Shown here: positions 15,401-34,180 of the stretch, piece after piece
How the letters are laid out: every line of letters starts with the position of its first letter
How positions within the stretch are numbered: the stretch's first letter is position 1
Assembly (NCBI GenBank): GCA_002633005.1
Contig: NMRA01000595.1
Span: 106,733 to 170,732, forward strand
Source of the DNA: Phoronis australis
Lineage: Eukaryota > Animalia > Phoronida
Reading direction: 5' to 3'
DNA length: 64,000 bases
The notes under the pieces: model-generated
Databases searched by the model: none
Seen by the model: only the letters and a program-made list of their open reading frames with translations
Told to the model about the DNA's origin: nothing
Program-made: the position numbers and the translations under genes

Positions 15401-18400
15401 TTTTACTGAAATAAATGGTTTTGCATGAATAAAGTCAAAATATGATAAAAAGAGATGAAGAAAGGGGAAACTGGAAATCAAATAAGAGCAAATTGAAACC
15501 AAAAAAAGAGGAAAATAATCCTGTTAAAAGAGGAGACTTTCTGCAGAAGTGCCAACAAAAAATTCTAACTGCAGAATTCATCGGAACTTAACAAAAATAT
15601 CATCATCTTATAAAATCAACTCACTCTTCATTATACTCCAGACCCATCACACCCTTGTTTCGTACAATGTGATATTCCTCTGGGATGAGAGTGTCAGGCA
15701 GGGCCAGAACCTGGTAGCGACAAATACAAAATATCAGCATGGACTCTTATTATCACACCTCAACAGCCAGCATCAATTAGAATTGATATCAAATATCAAA
15801 TATCAAACACTGAATCAACTTGAAAATTAAGCATCAACAGCAAAGATCTAAAACATCAAAATGAAAAACCAAATGAATTAATTTTTCATATCAAATGAAA
15901 TCCATCAGTCAGCCTATGGCTAATCTGCTCAAACTGAAAAATATCATGACATCGTACTAAACGATCCCACTCTCCCACTCTCTGACTGGAGAGTAGGCAA
16001 TCTATTTCACTGAAAGAGACATTAAAAATCTTGGACGTTGGATTGAGGAGAGCCATACCTTAGGTTCAGTGTCCGGCCTCCTGGACATACTTTCATCTAC
16101 ACTGTCTGGGGGTCCAGGGTACTCCTCTTTCTGAGGAATGTCATACAGGAATGATATGTCTCTGTAACATGGAGCACATTCAATGAGAACAGATTAACAA
16201 ATCCTCCATTTTGAACATTTCAAAAATGAAGTTTCACCCACACATTTGGGACCAAGCGACTTTGAAAGAAAAATATTAAACATTAAACATCTGTCTGACC
16301 ACTAAATAAAGTGCTGGAAATTCTTTTACATAGAAAAAAGAATTTTTACACTTAAATTCTGTTGTTTTTTATGAAAAAAACAGGAAATTAAATTGAAAAG
16401 GTGTGAAATTTTTATGACAATGGACATACTGAGCAGAGCAGTGCCCAACCCGCCCCTGTCATCAACGTACTTGCCAGCCCCACAGGCGCACGCCGTCTTA
16501 TCTATGAGATGTTTAAACTTGTCCCTTCGTTTGTGATTCCATACATTGTTAGGAGGCTTCCTAGCTGGAACCTGCAGAATAAAAACACATTTCAGGCAAT
16601 TAGCATAGGTTGGAAACAACTTACTACAATCAATCCAATGTCAAACAATGAGCAAACTGCATGAACCACAAAGTGTTAGGACCTGCTTTTTGTTTTTGAA
16701 TTGGGTAATATAGAAGGTTGTTTTTTGTCTTCTTTTTCGTAGAAGGTTGTTGTTGACTGAAGTCGTTGCTCAGTTGCCTTACATTACCCTTGTGTATTCT
16801 CTTAATCACCTCAATACAGTAAATTTTATCTCACCAATTTAGCACACAATATGGCAAAAAAATGAAATTTCATTTCATCATTTTTTTCAAAAACGATGAC
16901 TGAGCAGCAAAATTTGAAGCAAAGCTTTTATTATTTATCATTTTCAAGTTCTAAGACACACCTGCTACCTGAAAATACTTCACAGAATGGCAGGGATTTA
17001 CAACATTTAGAAGCATTACAAAAAGTCAATTCCTTTGTTCGACGTAGGTGAGATTTGACACTAATCTGATATATGGATGTGGAAGTGTTGCGTGTGAACT
17101 TGAAATACTCAATAATCTCAAGATTGCATGTATGTGACTGTGAACTTGGAATACATTGTGAAACGTGGCAAGTTCACTCAAATAATCACGTTAGTGTTGC
17201 ACTGAACTAAAGCTATATGACAAGTTAATAAAACAACGAAAATTTTAGTCAACCACTTTTCAACTATCAGCGATCTTATTCACCAAACAACAAATTGATT
17301 AACCATTTGCATATTCTCCAATTCTGTGACACAAGTTCCAGTAAAGAGAAAATGGGTGATCATAAGGCCAATAATTACAAAAAAAGTACGTCAATTAATC
17401 AACAATTTTACCTGGTTCCTTAACGAATATTCAATTCCAAGTCCAGGCATATGTGATCTTGAGATAACGCAGCAGTCCTAGTTTGCGCACAACAGAAGCA
17501 CATCAAAAACTGCATAACAATCACTCAACTGGATGACTTAATTTGAGAGCAAGCAATTTGGCATTTCGCGTAAGTGGAAAAATTGCTTCAGATTGATACC
17601 AATTTCACATGGAAATATTGCAATCGAATAGTATGATACCTACCCCAGTGACAGCTAGGTTTCTTGACCTGGTAACAGGTCCAAGTTGTTCTTGAGCGGG
17701 TGGGGGTTGGGTCAGTGCAAATAGTACATCGTCAGGGAGGAAGTCACTCTGTAGAGATGTGGGGAGGGGCTTAGACCTGTCAATCACTTGGTCAGCATGC
17801 CTGAGATCCGGTAGGTTACCTGGAACAAGTAACATGTAATTCATGTAACTCAAGAGGATCATGTACATTACTTGACTACTTATTGTGCTGGTAAACACTT
17901 TGGAATGTTCAAAACTTAAGGANNNNNNNNNNNNNNNNNNNNNNNNNNNNNNNNNNNNNNNNNNNNNNNNNNNNNNNNNNNNNNNNNNNNNNNNNNNNNN
18001 NNNNNNNNNNNNNNNNNNNNNNNNNNNNNNNNNNNNNNNNNNNNNNNNNNNNNNNNNNNNNNNNNNNNNNNNNNNNNNNNNNNNNNNNNNNNNNNNNNNN
18101 NNNNNNNNNNNNNNNNNNNNNNNNNNNNATTCTCTTAATCACCTCAATACAGTAAATTTTATCTCACCAATTTAGCACACAATATGGCAAAAAAATGAAA
18201 TTTCATTTCCTCATTTTTTTCATAAACGATGACTGAGCAGCAAAATTTGAAGCAAAGCTTTTATTTATCATTTTCAAGTTCTAAGTCACACCTTCCACCT
18301 GAAAGTACTTCACAGAATGGCAGGGATTTACAACATTTAGAAGCGTTACAAAAAGTGAATTCCTGTGTTCGACGTAGGTGAGATTTGACAGTAATCTGAT

Positions 18401-19532
18401 ATATGGATGTGGAAGTGTTGCGTGTGAACTTGAAATACTCAATAATCTCAAGATTGCATGTATGTGACTGTGAACTTGGAATACATTGTGAAACTTGGCA
18501 AGTTCACTCAAATAATCACGTTGGTGTTGATAAAAATTTGCACTGAACTAAAGCTTTATGACAAGTTAATAAAACAATGAAAATTTTTGTCAACCACTTT
18601 TCAACTATCAGCGATCTTATTCACCAAACAACAAATTGATTAACCACTTCTCCAATTCTGTGACACAATCTCCAGTAAAAGAGAAAATGGGTGACCATAA
18701 GGCCAATAATTACAAAAAAAATACAATTAATCAACAATTCTACCTGGTTGCTTAACGAATATTCAATTGCAAGTCCAGGCATATGTGATCTTGAGACAAA
18801 GCAGCAGTCCTAGTTCGCGCACAACAGAAGCACATCAAAAACTGCATAACAATCACTCAACTGGATAACTTAATTTGAGAGCAAGCAATTTGGTATTTCG
18901 CGTAAGTGGAAAAATTGCTTCAGATTGATACCAATTTCACATGGAAATATTGCAATCGAATAGTATGATACCTACCCCAGTGACAGCTAGGTTTCTTGAC
19001 CTGGTAACAGGTCCAAGTTGTTCTTGAGCGGGTGGGGGTTGGGTCAGTGCAAATAGTACATCGTCAGGGAGGAAGTCACTCTGTAGAGATGTGGGGAGGG
19101 GCTTAGACCTGTCAATCACTTGGTCAGCATGCCTGAGATCCGGTAGGTTACCTGGAACAAGTAACATGTAATTCATGTAACTCAAGAGGATCATGTACAT
19201 TACTTGAGTACTTATTGTGCTGGTAAACACTTTGGAATGTTCAAAACTTAAGGATTTGCACAAAAAAAGTTAAAGTTAAAACTTGTTTCATATCCGGCAA
19301 AAACTCAGTTGAGACATTTTCCTTATAAATCTGTTATCAGTTTGTTGAATACATCTGAGGTCATTACTGTTTCCATGACCTAATAAAGCCTGAATACTGT
19401 CTATGACCACTCACTATCATTGCCATTAACAGAGACCAAAGCCTTGGCCGAAGTCCGAGGTGTACTCTTGGTTGACTGTGGCTGTGACCTGGGCACAGGC
19501 GGAGGACTGGGGGCAATCTGTACATCAGCCAT
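500..19532 (-). CDS. AXDND1: Axonemal dynein light chain domain-containing protein 1 (multi-exon; 3' end probably beyond the left edge of the window)
   Basis: Phase-consistent GT-AG exon chain on the minus strand: 19532-19415 (ATG, MADVQIAPSPP), 19151-18976 (identical copy at 17819-17644), 16571-16471, 16161-16059, 15710-15625, 14401-14345, 13667-13484, 13110-13016, 12576-12484, 11579-11513, 10485-10327, 10184-9916, 7313-7232, 6403-6172, 4145-4030, 3505-3408, 2464-2180, 1469-1373, 718-500. Motifs [60 protein letters not shown] and YHDLYELQRKRLE match AXDND1 / the Ax_dynein_light domain as I recall it. Confidence 0.9.
4465..4545 (-). other. Candidate 81-nt phase1-phase1 alternative exon of AXDND1
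   Basis: Strong acceptor ttctattctcattttcaacctgtag and donor G|GTAAGA. Encodes KDINTNMHDLADEMLTQLKVAVLGEN, similar to the end of exon 6403-6172. Confidence 0.55.
8350..8630. repeat. About 51-bp degenerate tandem repeat, about 5 copies
   Basis: ggataacaaa...agtgggaacaggccttga...ttcaacaaa units; the last two are identical (8513-8619). Confidence 0.75.
14575..14650 (+). mobile_element. Decayed tRNA-derived SINE head
   Basis: B-box-like GGTTCAAGTC at about 14622 with an A-box-like stretch upstream; no intact cloverleaf. Confidence 0.35.
16796..19254. repeat. About 1.13-kb direct duplication (16796-17922 / 18129-19254) flanking the N-gap at 17923-18128
   Basis: Near-identical copies with scattered SNPs and short indels; the enclosed AXDND1 exon is identical. 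Probably uncollapsed haplotypes. Confidence 0.85.
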
Positions 19533-21394
19533 GATGCCTGCTTATATTACGTTACACTGTTCTGTAACAGAAACACAAATGTCAATCAAGATGGAAACTC
19601 CACACATCTCACGATATCTTGTACTTTGTCAACATTTGTGCAAGACCAGCTATCATCAAGAAGCATGTTTAAGAAGAGCGCCATTATTACTAGACCATGT
19701 GGTTAACCTAAGGTGGAATGGCCCTGTCATAAATTAGTGGATGCAACAAAGAATTAATATTTGGAAAAAATATTGATTGCGTGACTGTTAACAGTTGAAG
19801 GTGTCTATTTTCATTTGAAATTGGTAAAAAGTAATATGCCTCTAACACATTAATTAGCCAAAGTGCAATTTGAAAAAAATCTTCCAGAGCGCTGAGTTAG
19901 GATGTACATGCTGTTGTCTGTATGGTGCTGCTGACCTGAGGTAAACATAAACGAAGTTTATCAATAAAATGTTCAAATCTGGCCCTGCTCATTAAACATG
20001 ATCAGGCTGAGTTTAGCTCATCAAAACTGCGATGTATTTTCCTTAGCTAGACACGCTGGAAAACTGTATACAGGGTTACCCTAACGAATTGGCCAAATAA
20101 CATCCAACACAAAATTAGTGTCATTAAAAACTGCACTCTTTCTTGAGTGAACTTTATCATTAAGGAAAATTGCAGTTCTACCATTTTTCTGCTACTTGAG
20201 TTGTGGGGCAATGTTATGCAGTCACGGGTTCTTGGCACCATCAAATACATAGATGATGAATTTCAAAGTAAGCGCATCGTTGGTCTTCTCTACTTCTACA
20301 CATATCTTCGATGAAGCTTAGTTGTGAGAATTAAGGTGACTTTGGCGAAGTATTCCAACTCCACTTTTTTGGTTGCCATTGACTTTTTCACCGCACGCGC
20401 GATAACCACAAAGTATGTCAGCTGCGTTGTCGTGAGTTATGCAAATGCTAGCGCGAGACTGAGCGAAGCGCGTGACACTAGCGCATGACACTTGCAAAAT
20501 AGCATGAGAAGGTATCAGGTGAAATTTGGAAGATTTGTATCCCTTGGACTTTTTATTCATCAACATGCATGATTTCACGTAACCTCCTTAAAATGGCGCC
20601 CGGTAACTGAGAGAAACTCGAGCAAACCATGACAGATTTTCATTGATTTGTTCAAATTGTTTTGACTGAACCATGTTCAGACTGATGGTATGAGTTGTTT
20701 ATAACTCCATATATGCATGTTTCGACATGAATAACTTTTTGTGGGTATGTTTTGCAGCTTTTTTTAAATGACATGAGTTTTAAGTGTGGAATGGATTTTT
20801 GTCGAGGTGAAAACTCAAAATCAGTGATCGGATTTGGGTTACCGCCCGTTTAAAATACATGTAATGAAATGTGTACAGAAAGCGAATGGAAGTATTGTAG
20901 CCCCTAAATGGCCAACGGAGGGCTATACTTCAGTATACTTGTTGCCTACATTGTGTCATGATGTGGCCAGTGCCCGAGCAACACGATGGGGAACTTGTCT
21001 TATCAGAATGATCTTTAAAACTCGCAAAGAATGAAGTGAAATTCTAATTGTCTCTTCATCTAATAAGACAAATCTAGTAACCCCTCATTGCCCACTGACA
21101 TTGACACTCAGTCAGTGCACAGCAAATTGAACGCTTGTTATTGGAAGTCCAAGCCGTCAGAAGTTCAGAAATGCCCCCTAGAAATAATTTTGATATTGTG
21201 ATTGGCTCATGCACTGTGGCTAACAAATGGTGCCTTTTTAATCGGGATTTATATCTGAACATGATCAAAAAGTCTGGAAACAAAACTTTCAAACTTACTT
21301 CATCGGTTGCTTTATGGAGTCAGCCATATTGTCGTTTGCGACTGTTGCCAGGAAAACGAAGGCATTGTGGGTGTCGATGACGTCATTTTTCAAG

Positions 21395-26967
<5,573 letters not shown>

Positions 26968-26970
<3 letters not shown>

Positions 26971-27088
26971 CCGGTGGTGTGTTGACCGGTGGTGTGTTGA
27001 GCGGTGGTGTGTTGACCGGTGGTGTGTTGGTCGGTGGTTGTCGGTCGTCATTGTGTTTACCCGTGGTGCTTTGACCGGTGGTGTGTTA
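26968..27088. repeat. 15-bp minisatellite beginning at the SURF2 stop codon
   Basis: Unit tgaccggtggtgtgt, about 8 partly degenerate copies. Confidence 0.85.
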
Positions 27089-28565
27089 AATGAACTTTAA
27101 ATGAAGGATCTGTCCTCCCTTTGCCAGAATTCATTATGGGGTTTTTCTTGTCATGTTATTTGGCAAAATCTGTTACCTTGCAACTGAGTTGAAGCTGAGA
27201 AGTCAAATGAAGTTGGTATTTAATGACTGTTTTAAAATTCTTTTTCCTCTCATAAGTACCTTATAAATTCGTTGTCATTTTTTTGATAATCATTGGTGAT
27301 AATTTGAACATCATTAATTTTTTGAGTGCTCTTTCAAAAAGTAAAGGTGAACAACAGAGCCTGTGAAGTCAGATGGTTAAAGCCATCAACACCATTATGA
27401 ACGTGTTTGCTGTCTCAGTAGACCTAGGAACAGCCAAAGGCTGATTACCCGACACGCCAAACAAGAAAAGATACAAACACTTGTATTCCAGATAGCTGAC
27501 ATCCTGCTGACCAAAAACAGTAAGGATTATGGAAATGAACCTTAATACACGAAGACTACATAACTCTCTAATTGGCAGTTTTCTTTAGTAATAGCTTACT
27601 TGTGCAGTTACCAGTGACAAGCTTACATAGACTCAGTCCACATTTCTAAACTATCATTCACATGTTGCTTTGCGGATTCCCAATGCCAGTAGTCAGATAT
27701 AACATGCCGGAATTTTGAGAACCAGTTTTCTCCATTGAATAATGAGGATCAAACTGGTTCTCAAAAGTGGGTATTTTATATCCGACTATTGGCGCACTGC
27801 CAGTCTACCACCTGCATATGTCTATCTACCCAAGCTGTATCACTGGAAGTTTGAAGGTGGCTCTCTCACTTGGACATCTTTCCATGACTTGTTCTGCACC
27901 ACTATGGATTCCAACATTTCTCTGGCCTGTGTGCTTATACACCTTTCTATCAGGAGATGTCAAAAAAAAATGCAAAAGTTCTCATGACAAAGACATTGGC
28001 CTTCTTCAATAATGGTATGACCTGAAGGCAAAATTGATCAACATCCTCGTAAACGCACCACTATATTCCAGGCCCATTAGTTCACTTCTCAAGTCTTCAG
28101 GGTTTCTGGGATGAGGTGGATTCCGGTCATATCCACAATGCTCATGGGCGAAGTGGAGTTTTATGTGTCATAATTTCGCTGATGATTTTTAGGAAGTTAC
28201 CACATGGTATCAAGACTACTATATCGTGAACATGACACCAACTGAAAAGAACATTCCCATTGTTACTGTCTGCCCAGTTTCTTCAACGTCGTCCAACAAA
28301 AATACTCTTGTCACCCTGATCCTAGTACTGGACTTGTTCTCCTGAGGATCGCCGCCTCTCGAACTCGCCACATATACAAGGGATTTCAGTTTGTGTTCTT
28401 GAGCGCGGAAGCTGACCAACATTCGCCAATCGTAAATTTTAGCGTGAACCTGTGAAGGCAATTGACCTAATCTCCACGTGCCTTCTAGTTCTTGATTAAT
28501 GATTCAATTGACTAGAAGATTTGGGTGATGTATTTATTATTCAACAGCATCAAATAATTTTGTGA

Positions 28566-31500
28566 TTATCGCGCACACGCTGCTTTCTTCAAGCGTACTT
28601 CCGGCAAGTAGCATTTTCGTCGATTTGTGTGAATGGAGACAGATGGTGCTGTCTTTCGACAAAACTTGTAATTAGGCGAATAAGTTGCTGGACCGGGGCC
28701 AGTTGAATCTAAAAGAATGCAAAAAGATACATTTTAGTTAAGGTTATGTTGGTGCCCATAAAAATGGCTAAATTTGGCCGACTCCGAGCATATCATACAT
28801 CACATGGCTGATCGGATCTAATTCATGTGAAACTTTCAGATCAGTACTATGCCCAGTCTCAAAGGTGTTATGAATTGTTTTTAAAATGTAACACTTTTGC
28901 ATGAAGGGCTATCAAAAAGTAGGACTTTGATGAATTTCATGAAAATTGTATAAAATTGCACAGTCCAGAATGAAATGATCAGTAATTTAGGAAACTAAAA
29001 TTAAAAACCGGACGATCGCCGCACAAATGAAGACGTACATGTATATGATAAATCAACGTTTTGTCTATTCGTTAGATATCATCAGGATGTTTACATACTT
29101 TAGGACAACAAGTGCCAACATACATCTCAGGTGACATCCATGAAGTGAGAGATACAGAGTAGTCAGTAGCTGGTCATCACCATAGTTGCAGGGTCACTGA
29201 ACTTTGCAGGTTGTTCAGAGAATCAGTAGCTGATTCTGAATGACTACTCTGTATCTCTCACTTCACTTCATGGATGTCACCTGAGATGTATGTTGGCACT
29301 TGTTGTCCTAAAGTATGTAAATATCCTGATGATGCCTAACGAATAGACGAAACGTTGATTTATCGTGACTTCTTCCTTTGTGCGGCGACCGTCCGGTTGT
29401 TAATCTTACTGTGGCCAAGAACTGATTTAATTAAGATGTGTTTGATACCTCACCTTCATGTTATTGATACCATCAGGGTGTACATTTATGTTTTTACTAA
29501 ATTTTACTAAAAAGACATGGTCACACGTGACCCAATTGGTAACAAAAGGTAAAAAATAAAGTCCTACAGACTTTCTACTTTAAAAAAATATCTACTTTTA
29601 CTCCTAATTAAAATCTACACTTTCCTACATATTTTGCTAAATATACTGAGTTGTCAATAACCTTAAAGTACTACTGCCGCGTGTTTTTTTGTGACTAAAG
29701 TGTTATATTTTTCATTGATTATTTAATATACAGTTGTACAAATGTACTCCAAGCCATCTATTTTTACACTGGCATGCATCACAGGTAAGCGAATGTAAAG
29801 TAAGCGGCCTACATTCATCTTTTTCTCGCTTGTTTTTCAATGAGTGTGCCATTGTGAACGCGGGCGATGTCTGGTACAGGTGTCTGTCGGCTAACTTGGT
29901 TTGGTAGTCGCACGGGGACGGAGCGCGGTCCCCCCAATTGTCTCGCCAGAATAAGGAGCGGCCGCATTTCTCGCCAACGGTTACAGACGGGTATTCGTGC
30001 GCCGTTGCTTGGTTCGGCCCCAAAGTAGATTTGTGGTCATAAGTCGCGGGCCCAGGCCACTGTAAGAGTTGTGATTATCCTTTCAACCTGCTCTTTGTCA
30101 TTTCTTTGAGTTCAGTAAATAAATGTTCTCCACGTGTCATACAACGAAGCTGTTGCGTGAACTGAGATCTACTTATTTATTCTTACTCAAACCTAATTAC
30201 TCCGCAATACGTACTGTCATTTGCATTTACTTAAAATTTTATTTATTTTTTTCTTATGCACGGAAGATCAGTTAATAATTTTCGTTTTATTAGCCGGCTT
30301 TGTAAACTGCCGAGAGTCACTACGTCATCAGTGTCACCGGCACAATCCACAGAATTGAGACAAATGTCATCGTTGAAAACACGCACTCTGACTGACTGAC
30401 TAAATGATACATCACCTGTGTACAGTGCTGTAGTGGTAAAATTAAAGGTAAGTAGGCGCCAAGAGCCCTCCGTATCACCTTGAGCACTGAACGTAACTTA
30501 CGGTGAGTAGGCGCTATGTTTAAATGCCAAAAGGTGGTTGGCTGCGCCTACGTGCACCTACGTCCCACTACAGCACTGCCTGCGTACACACACTGAGATT
30601 CTGTAAATCCTTTTCGCAGGAAGTAGTCAATGACTTGTTCATGAAGCACGCGTTTTGTGGACAGCCTTGAAGTAAAGTGCTCCACAAAACTTTTTATTTG
30701 GGACACTTTGGCCTACTGTTATAAATGTGTACTTGTGTTCATTACTAAGTTTAGATGTTATTAATCTATGACTGGAGACGAAGTGACAAACACTTCTTCA
30801 GACCAAGCCAATAAAATTTCAGGTCACGCGTAACCTAAAATTTAGGATCTTAGTCTAAAGAATTTTCGACGAAGTGTCAGTTGCTTATAAGCCAAGAATC
30901 GTCCCTATATATTTTTAATAAACAACAGTTTGATACAAATTTCATAACGCCAAGTGGTCTAAATCAATTTTGACACAAAGTGCGTTGTTAATGCTGTCGC
31001 TTTGAACATCACCTTAATTACCATTTAGGACGCCTGCACGAGCCCAGGCTGTTCTCACAGTTTAAAAAGTAACCACTTCAGTAGTGCAAACGATTCGATT
31101 GCCACTCCGATCCGGCCTGAACTCCACTCCTGGACCCGTGCCTACAAACTTGCGATACCAACACCCGTGCCACTGATCTCGGCGCACGCACCGACAGTAG
31201 GGACCTAGCCTACATGAAGGTCCATGCTGATCTCAACGCACGCGCCGACAGTAGGGACCTAGCCTACATGAAGGTCCATCAGTGCTGATCTCAACGCACG
31301 CGCCGACAGTAGGGACCTAGCCTACATGAAGGTCCATGCTGATCTCAACGCACGCGCCGACAGTAGGTACCTAGCCTACATGAAGGTCCATGCTGATCTC
31401 AACGCACGCGCCGACAGTAGGGACCTAGCCTACATGAAGGTCCGTGCTGATCTCAACGCACGCACCGACAGTAGGGACCTAGCCTACACGAAGGTCCATG

Positions 31501-33550
31501 CTGATCTCAACACACGCGCCGACAATACAGCGCCAGGCACGACCATTTTACTCATCGACATAACAATGGCTTATATCAGTTATGTTAACATCATGGTGTT
31601 TGATGGTATTTTTCTATGCCTACCTACATTTGTTTGCGCGAGGACATCTTTGTGTGAAATTAGAAATGGTTCATTCTCTTCCATTGTGTACCACGTGTGA
31701 CGAACGCCGGTTTCTGAAACTGGAAAAAATACAGTTGATTATAGATCACGAATGTAAGTCAAGTTTTCCTTAGAATTCATAAAAACGGACGTGCAGTACT
31801 AAGCGATAAAAAGCAAAATTAGAAATATAAAAGCTACGAATACAAACATAGGGTGTCTCAAAATAGACGCATCTCATTAACACTGGAACAAATGTCCACA
31901 CACGAACCCGTGTTAATTACCCCGTGTTTTCAGTTATGTACATTATGTACATAGATTTTGGTAGCCGGACAGACAGTTCTTTTGCAAGTACCAGTTGTTA
32001 TTTTATGTGCAGTAGGCCTGCTTCAAAATAATGCACCAAATAATATAGTTATATAAACAAACTCCTCTGGTTACCTCTTTTGGGAAAGCACAGTTTCCTA
32101 ATTGTGAAGGCGGGGGACTTTGTTTCACAAGATCTCACAGGCTGACGATTGACATCGTAGGAACATGGGGAAGGGCCGGTCGATTCAATTTTATACTTTA
32201 AACTCGGGTCACCCGGATTGTAGGGCCTGAAGTACGCCCTCCAGCGAGCGGGTAGAGCCCTAGGCTTCCACGAATTACTCTTTACGGACGCGTGGGATGA
32301 TTTCCTGAAAAGCGATTTTTCATATCCTTGCGTGCATCCTATCTAAAGCCCGGCCTGCCGGGAGACATTGTATCGCATCCCGCCGCGGAGAACACAACAT
32401 TTCTATACGCCCACTTGCATGTAGATGGCACGTGAAATCTGAAATCTCGTATATTTTGAAACCATGACACCTTTTTGTGCCTAGTGACTCAGGCAACGTC
32501 TAATTATAACCTGGACTGTGACTGCATTCCGAACACGAAGTAACGAACTCGTTATAATCGGACCGTCACACACCCTCGGCCTTAGCACGTGGGAGAACAA
32601 AAATATTTTGTTTTAAGACAAATGATCCGATAACTTTAATATATGTCAAAAAGAGGATAATGTACCGATAAATTCCAAACTTTGAAGAGCCGTTGCTGTT
32701 AGCAATCACACTGTTATCTTAGCGCAACTTTTTTGACGCGGCTCAAAAATAAGATGCGGCCGCCAAAGAAGTGAAACTGCCCGAAAGCGGTCACGGTGAA
32801 TAACAAGATGTTATGAATGGTGTTTCCAGCTCAATTTCATATTGTAGACATGATGAGGTTCAGTAGTCGAATTAAATACAGAACGTTTTGTTTTTATGTT
32901 GTACGTACAACATAGTCTTTCGAAGAGGACATGTATACATGTACATACCATGAGACGTAGTCAACCACGTCGAATGAGTAGGTCTAATTCAGCATAACGA
33001 TCTAGGTTGTCACTTGATTCATACTTGTGATCGTTGTGAGCAACCGCAGTAGGTGTTTGAGGACGCTACTTGTATGGAATAGTTGGATCAAGTAATGCAA
33101 ACGTGAACTTACTTTTTATCAGGCATGATTCCCAAAATGCTGATGACGTCACAAACTGAAAAGCCGTACGTCTCAGTGACGTACGTTTCTTCAGTGCCGT
33201 ATTACGTCGCCGTGCAAAATGCAACCCCACGGTTTTCGTAGGCACAGAGGCTCCTTACTGAGTCAAAGTCGTGTAGATCAAAACCGTGTCCCAAATCATA
33301 GCTACCGGATATAGGGAGATCGATACAATGAGAACTGTTGAGACCGAGGAGTGCAGCGGGAATTGTTGACGCCGAAGGGAGCGGCTCTAGCGTGACGACT
33401 GAGGGGTACAAAGTATTTTGACGGGTGGTTGTGTGGCCACAGTGTGGGGAGGGGCAGGATTTGTGAGGGCAGCGACAGGGCAGGGCCCGGACTTTTGATA
33501 GCTGAGGGACCCCGAGAAACCGGTACAACAGCGTTTCCACAAACGTCCAT
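28566..33550 (-). CDS. STPG3-like / SHIPPO-repeat (Pro-Gly-Pro) sperm-tail/axonemal protein, about 316 aa
   Basis: Exons 33550-33306 (weak donor CG|GTAGCT, least certain), 32304-32075, 31713-31628, 30059-29813 and 28708-28566 total 951 nt in frame. SHIPPO motifs: SPGPA, TGPSPCSYD..KSPAFTI, WPGPATYDHKSTLG..YPSVTVG, APSPCDY..TSPAFTM, TGPGPATYSP..TAPSVSI. Closest to STPG3 by my recollection. Confidence 0.8.
29001..29403. mobile_element. Inverted repeat (arms about 165 bp) resembling paired inverted Penelope-like element termini with hammerhead cores
   Basis: 29001-29165 is the reverse complement of 29241-29403. The right arm contains CTGATGA-T-GCCTAACGAATAGAC-GAAACGTT. Confidence 0.65.
29323..29359 (+). 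ncRNA. Minimal type I hammerhead-ribozyme-like motif
   Basis: AUC-CUGAUGA-U-[GCCUA acgaa UAGAC]-GAAA-CG-UU-GAU: stem I AUC/GAU, stem II with one mismatch, palindromic ACGU stem III. Confidence 0.5.
30423..30578. mobile_element. hAT-type MITE, 156 bp
   Basis: TIRs CAGTGCTGTAGTGG / CCACTACAGCACTG; 8-bp TSD cctgtgta / cctgcgta. Confidence 0.8.
31173..31523. repeat. 57-bp minisatellite, about 6 copies
   Basis: Unit ctgatctcaacgcacgcgccgacagtagggacctagcctacatgaaggtccatg-like. Confidence 0.9.
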
Positions 33551-33767
33551 CTAGCACTTGTCTGCTCGCTGGGACTAGCTGGGAAGCCAATGAACGTACG
33601 AAAGCCTAGAGCGGATTTAATACCCATCGTGTCACTCGATCGCTGGATAATTACATACCAATCAATGGTTTTTAGAAAAATAAAGAAGCCATATGGGCCC
33701 ATCTGTCGTTGAATTTATTTGCTCATGTTTTTTTACCTAAACATCATTCAACAAAGAATGGACTCAC

Positions 33768-33901
33768 CGGAGACAGCCCAAGAGTTGTTATCTCTGCAGC
33801 GAAGGATGTTAAAGTTGAGTCTCCGATGAGTTGCCAGCAGTCACTGGTACGGCGCGCGGCTTTAGACGCTCTGCGGCTGGGTTAAAGATCTTTTATAGGC
33901 C
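33768..33901 (-). promoter_or_regulatory. TATA box and probable non-coding first exon of the STPG3-like gene
   Basis: The minus strand reads CCTATAAAAG at about 33890-33899, followed by a GC-richer stretch of about 100 nt ending in the consensus donor CCG|GTGAGT at about 33768. Confidence 0.5.
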
Positions 33902-34028
33902 TAACTATCCCCAATTCCCGTACCAGGATGAATTTCAAAAAATAACTTGACTTGGCTGCATCAGATGTGATATGCAACGTTGATGTTGAAATTGCGCCAT
34001 ATTTTTTATGTTGATTTCCTTTGTTGGT

Positions 34029-34180
34029 TCATAATTCATATATTGCAATGTAGGCATCCAGGGGAGGCTTGGATGTACTTATGACTGTAGAGTCGTCAAA
34101 ATTTATCCATTCCCATGCTGACGATTTAACACAGCATGTGTAATGACCACCCGTCGTGTTTCTTCCATGGTGTTCAATGA
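34029..34180 (-). CDS. C-terminal fragment (His-box) of a ubiquitin-specific protease (peptidase C19); remainder lies in the N-gap
   Basis: IEHHGRNTTGGHYTCCVKSSAWEWINFDDSTV...DAYIAIYEL* matches the USP HxGxxxxGGHY / WxxFDDxxV / AYxxxY motifs. Confidence 0.8.

Noticed and set aside
16796-19254. Tandemly duplicated AXDND1 exon as mutually exclusive exons
   Set aside because: The exon copies are identical, both copies end at the N-gap and the divergence is allele-like; most likely uncollapsed heterozygosity.
31326-31700. Repetitive 124-aa ORF (MKVHADLNARADSR)n
   Set aside because: Translation of an intronic 57-bp minisatellite, antisense to the real exon at 31713-31628.
33202-33702. 166-aa ORF MGPYGFF... 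as the real coding frame
   Set aside because: It is broken by indels in copy 2 and has no motif, whereas the overlapping MDVCG frame has SPGPA and splices in phase to the next exon.
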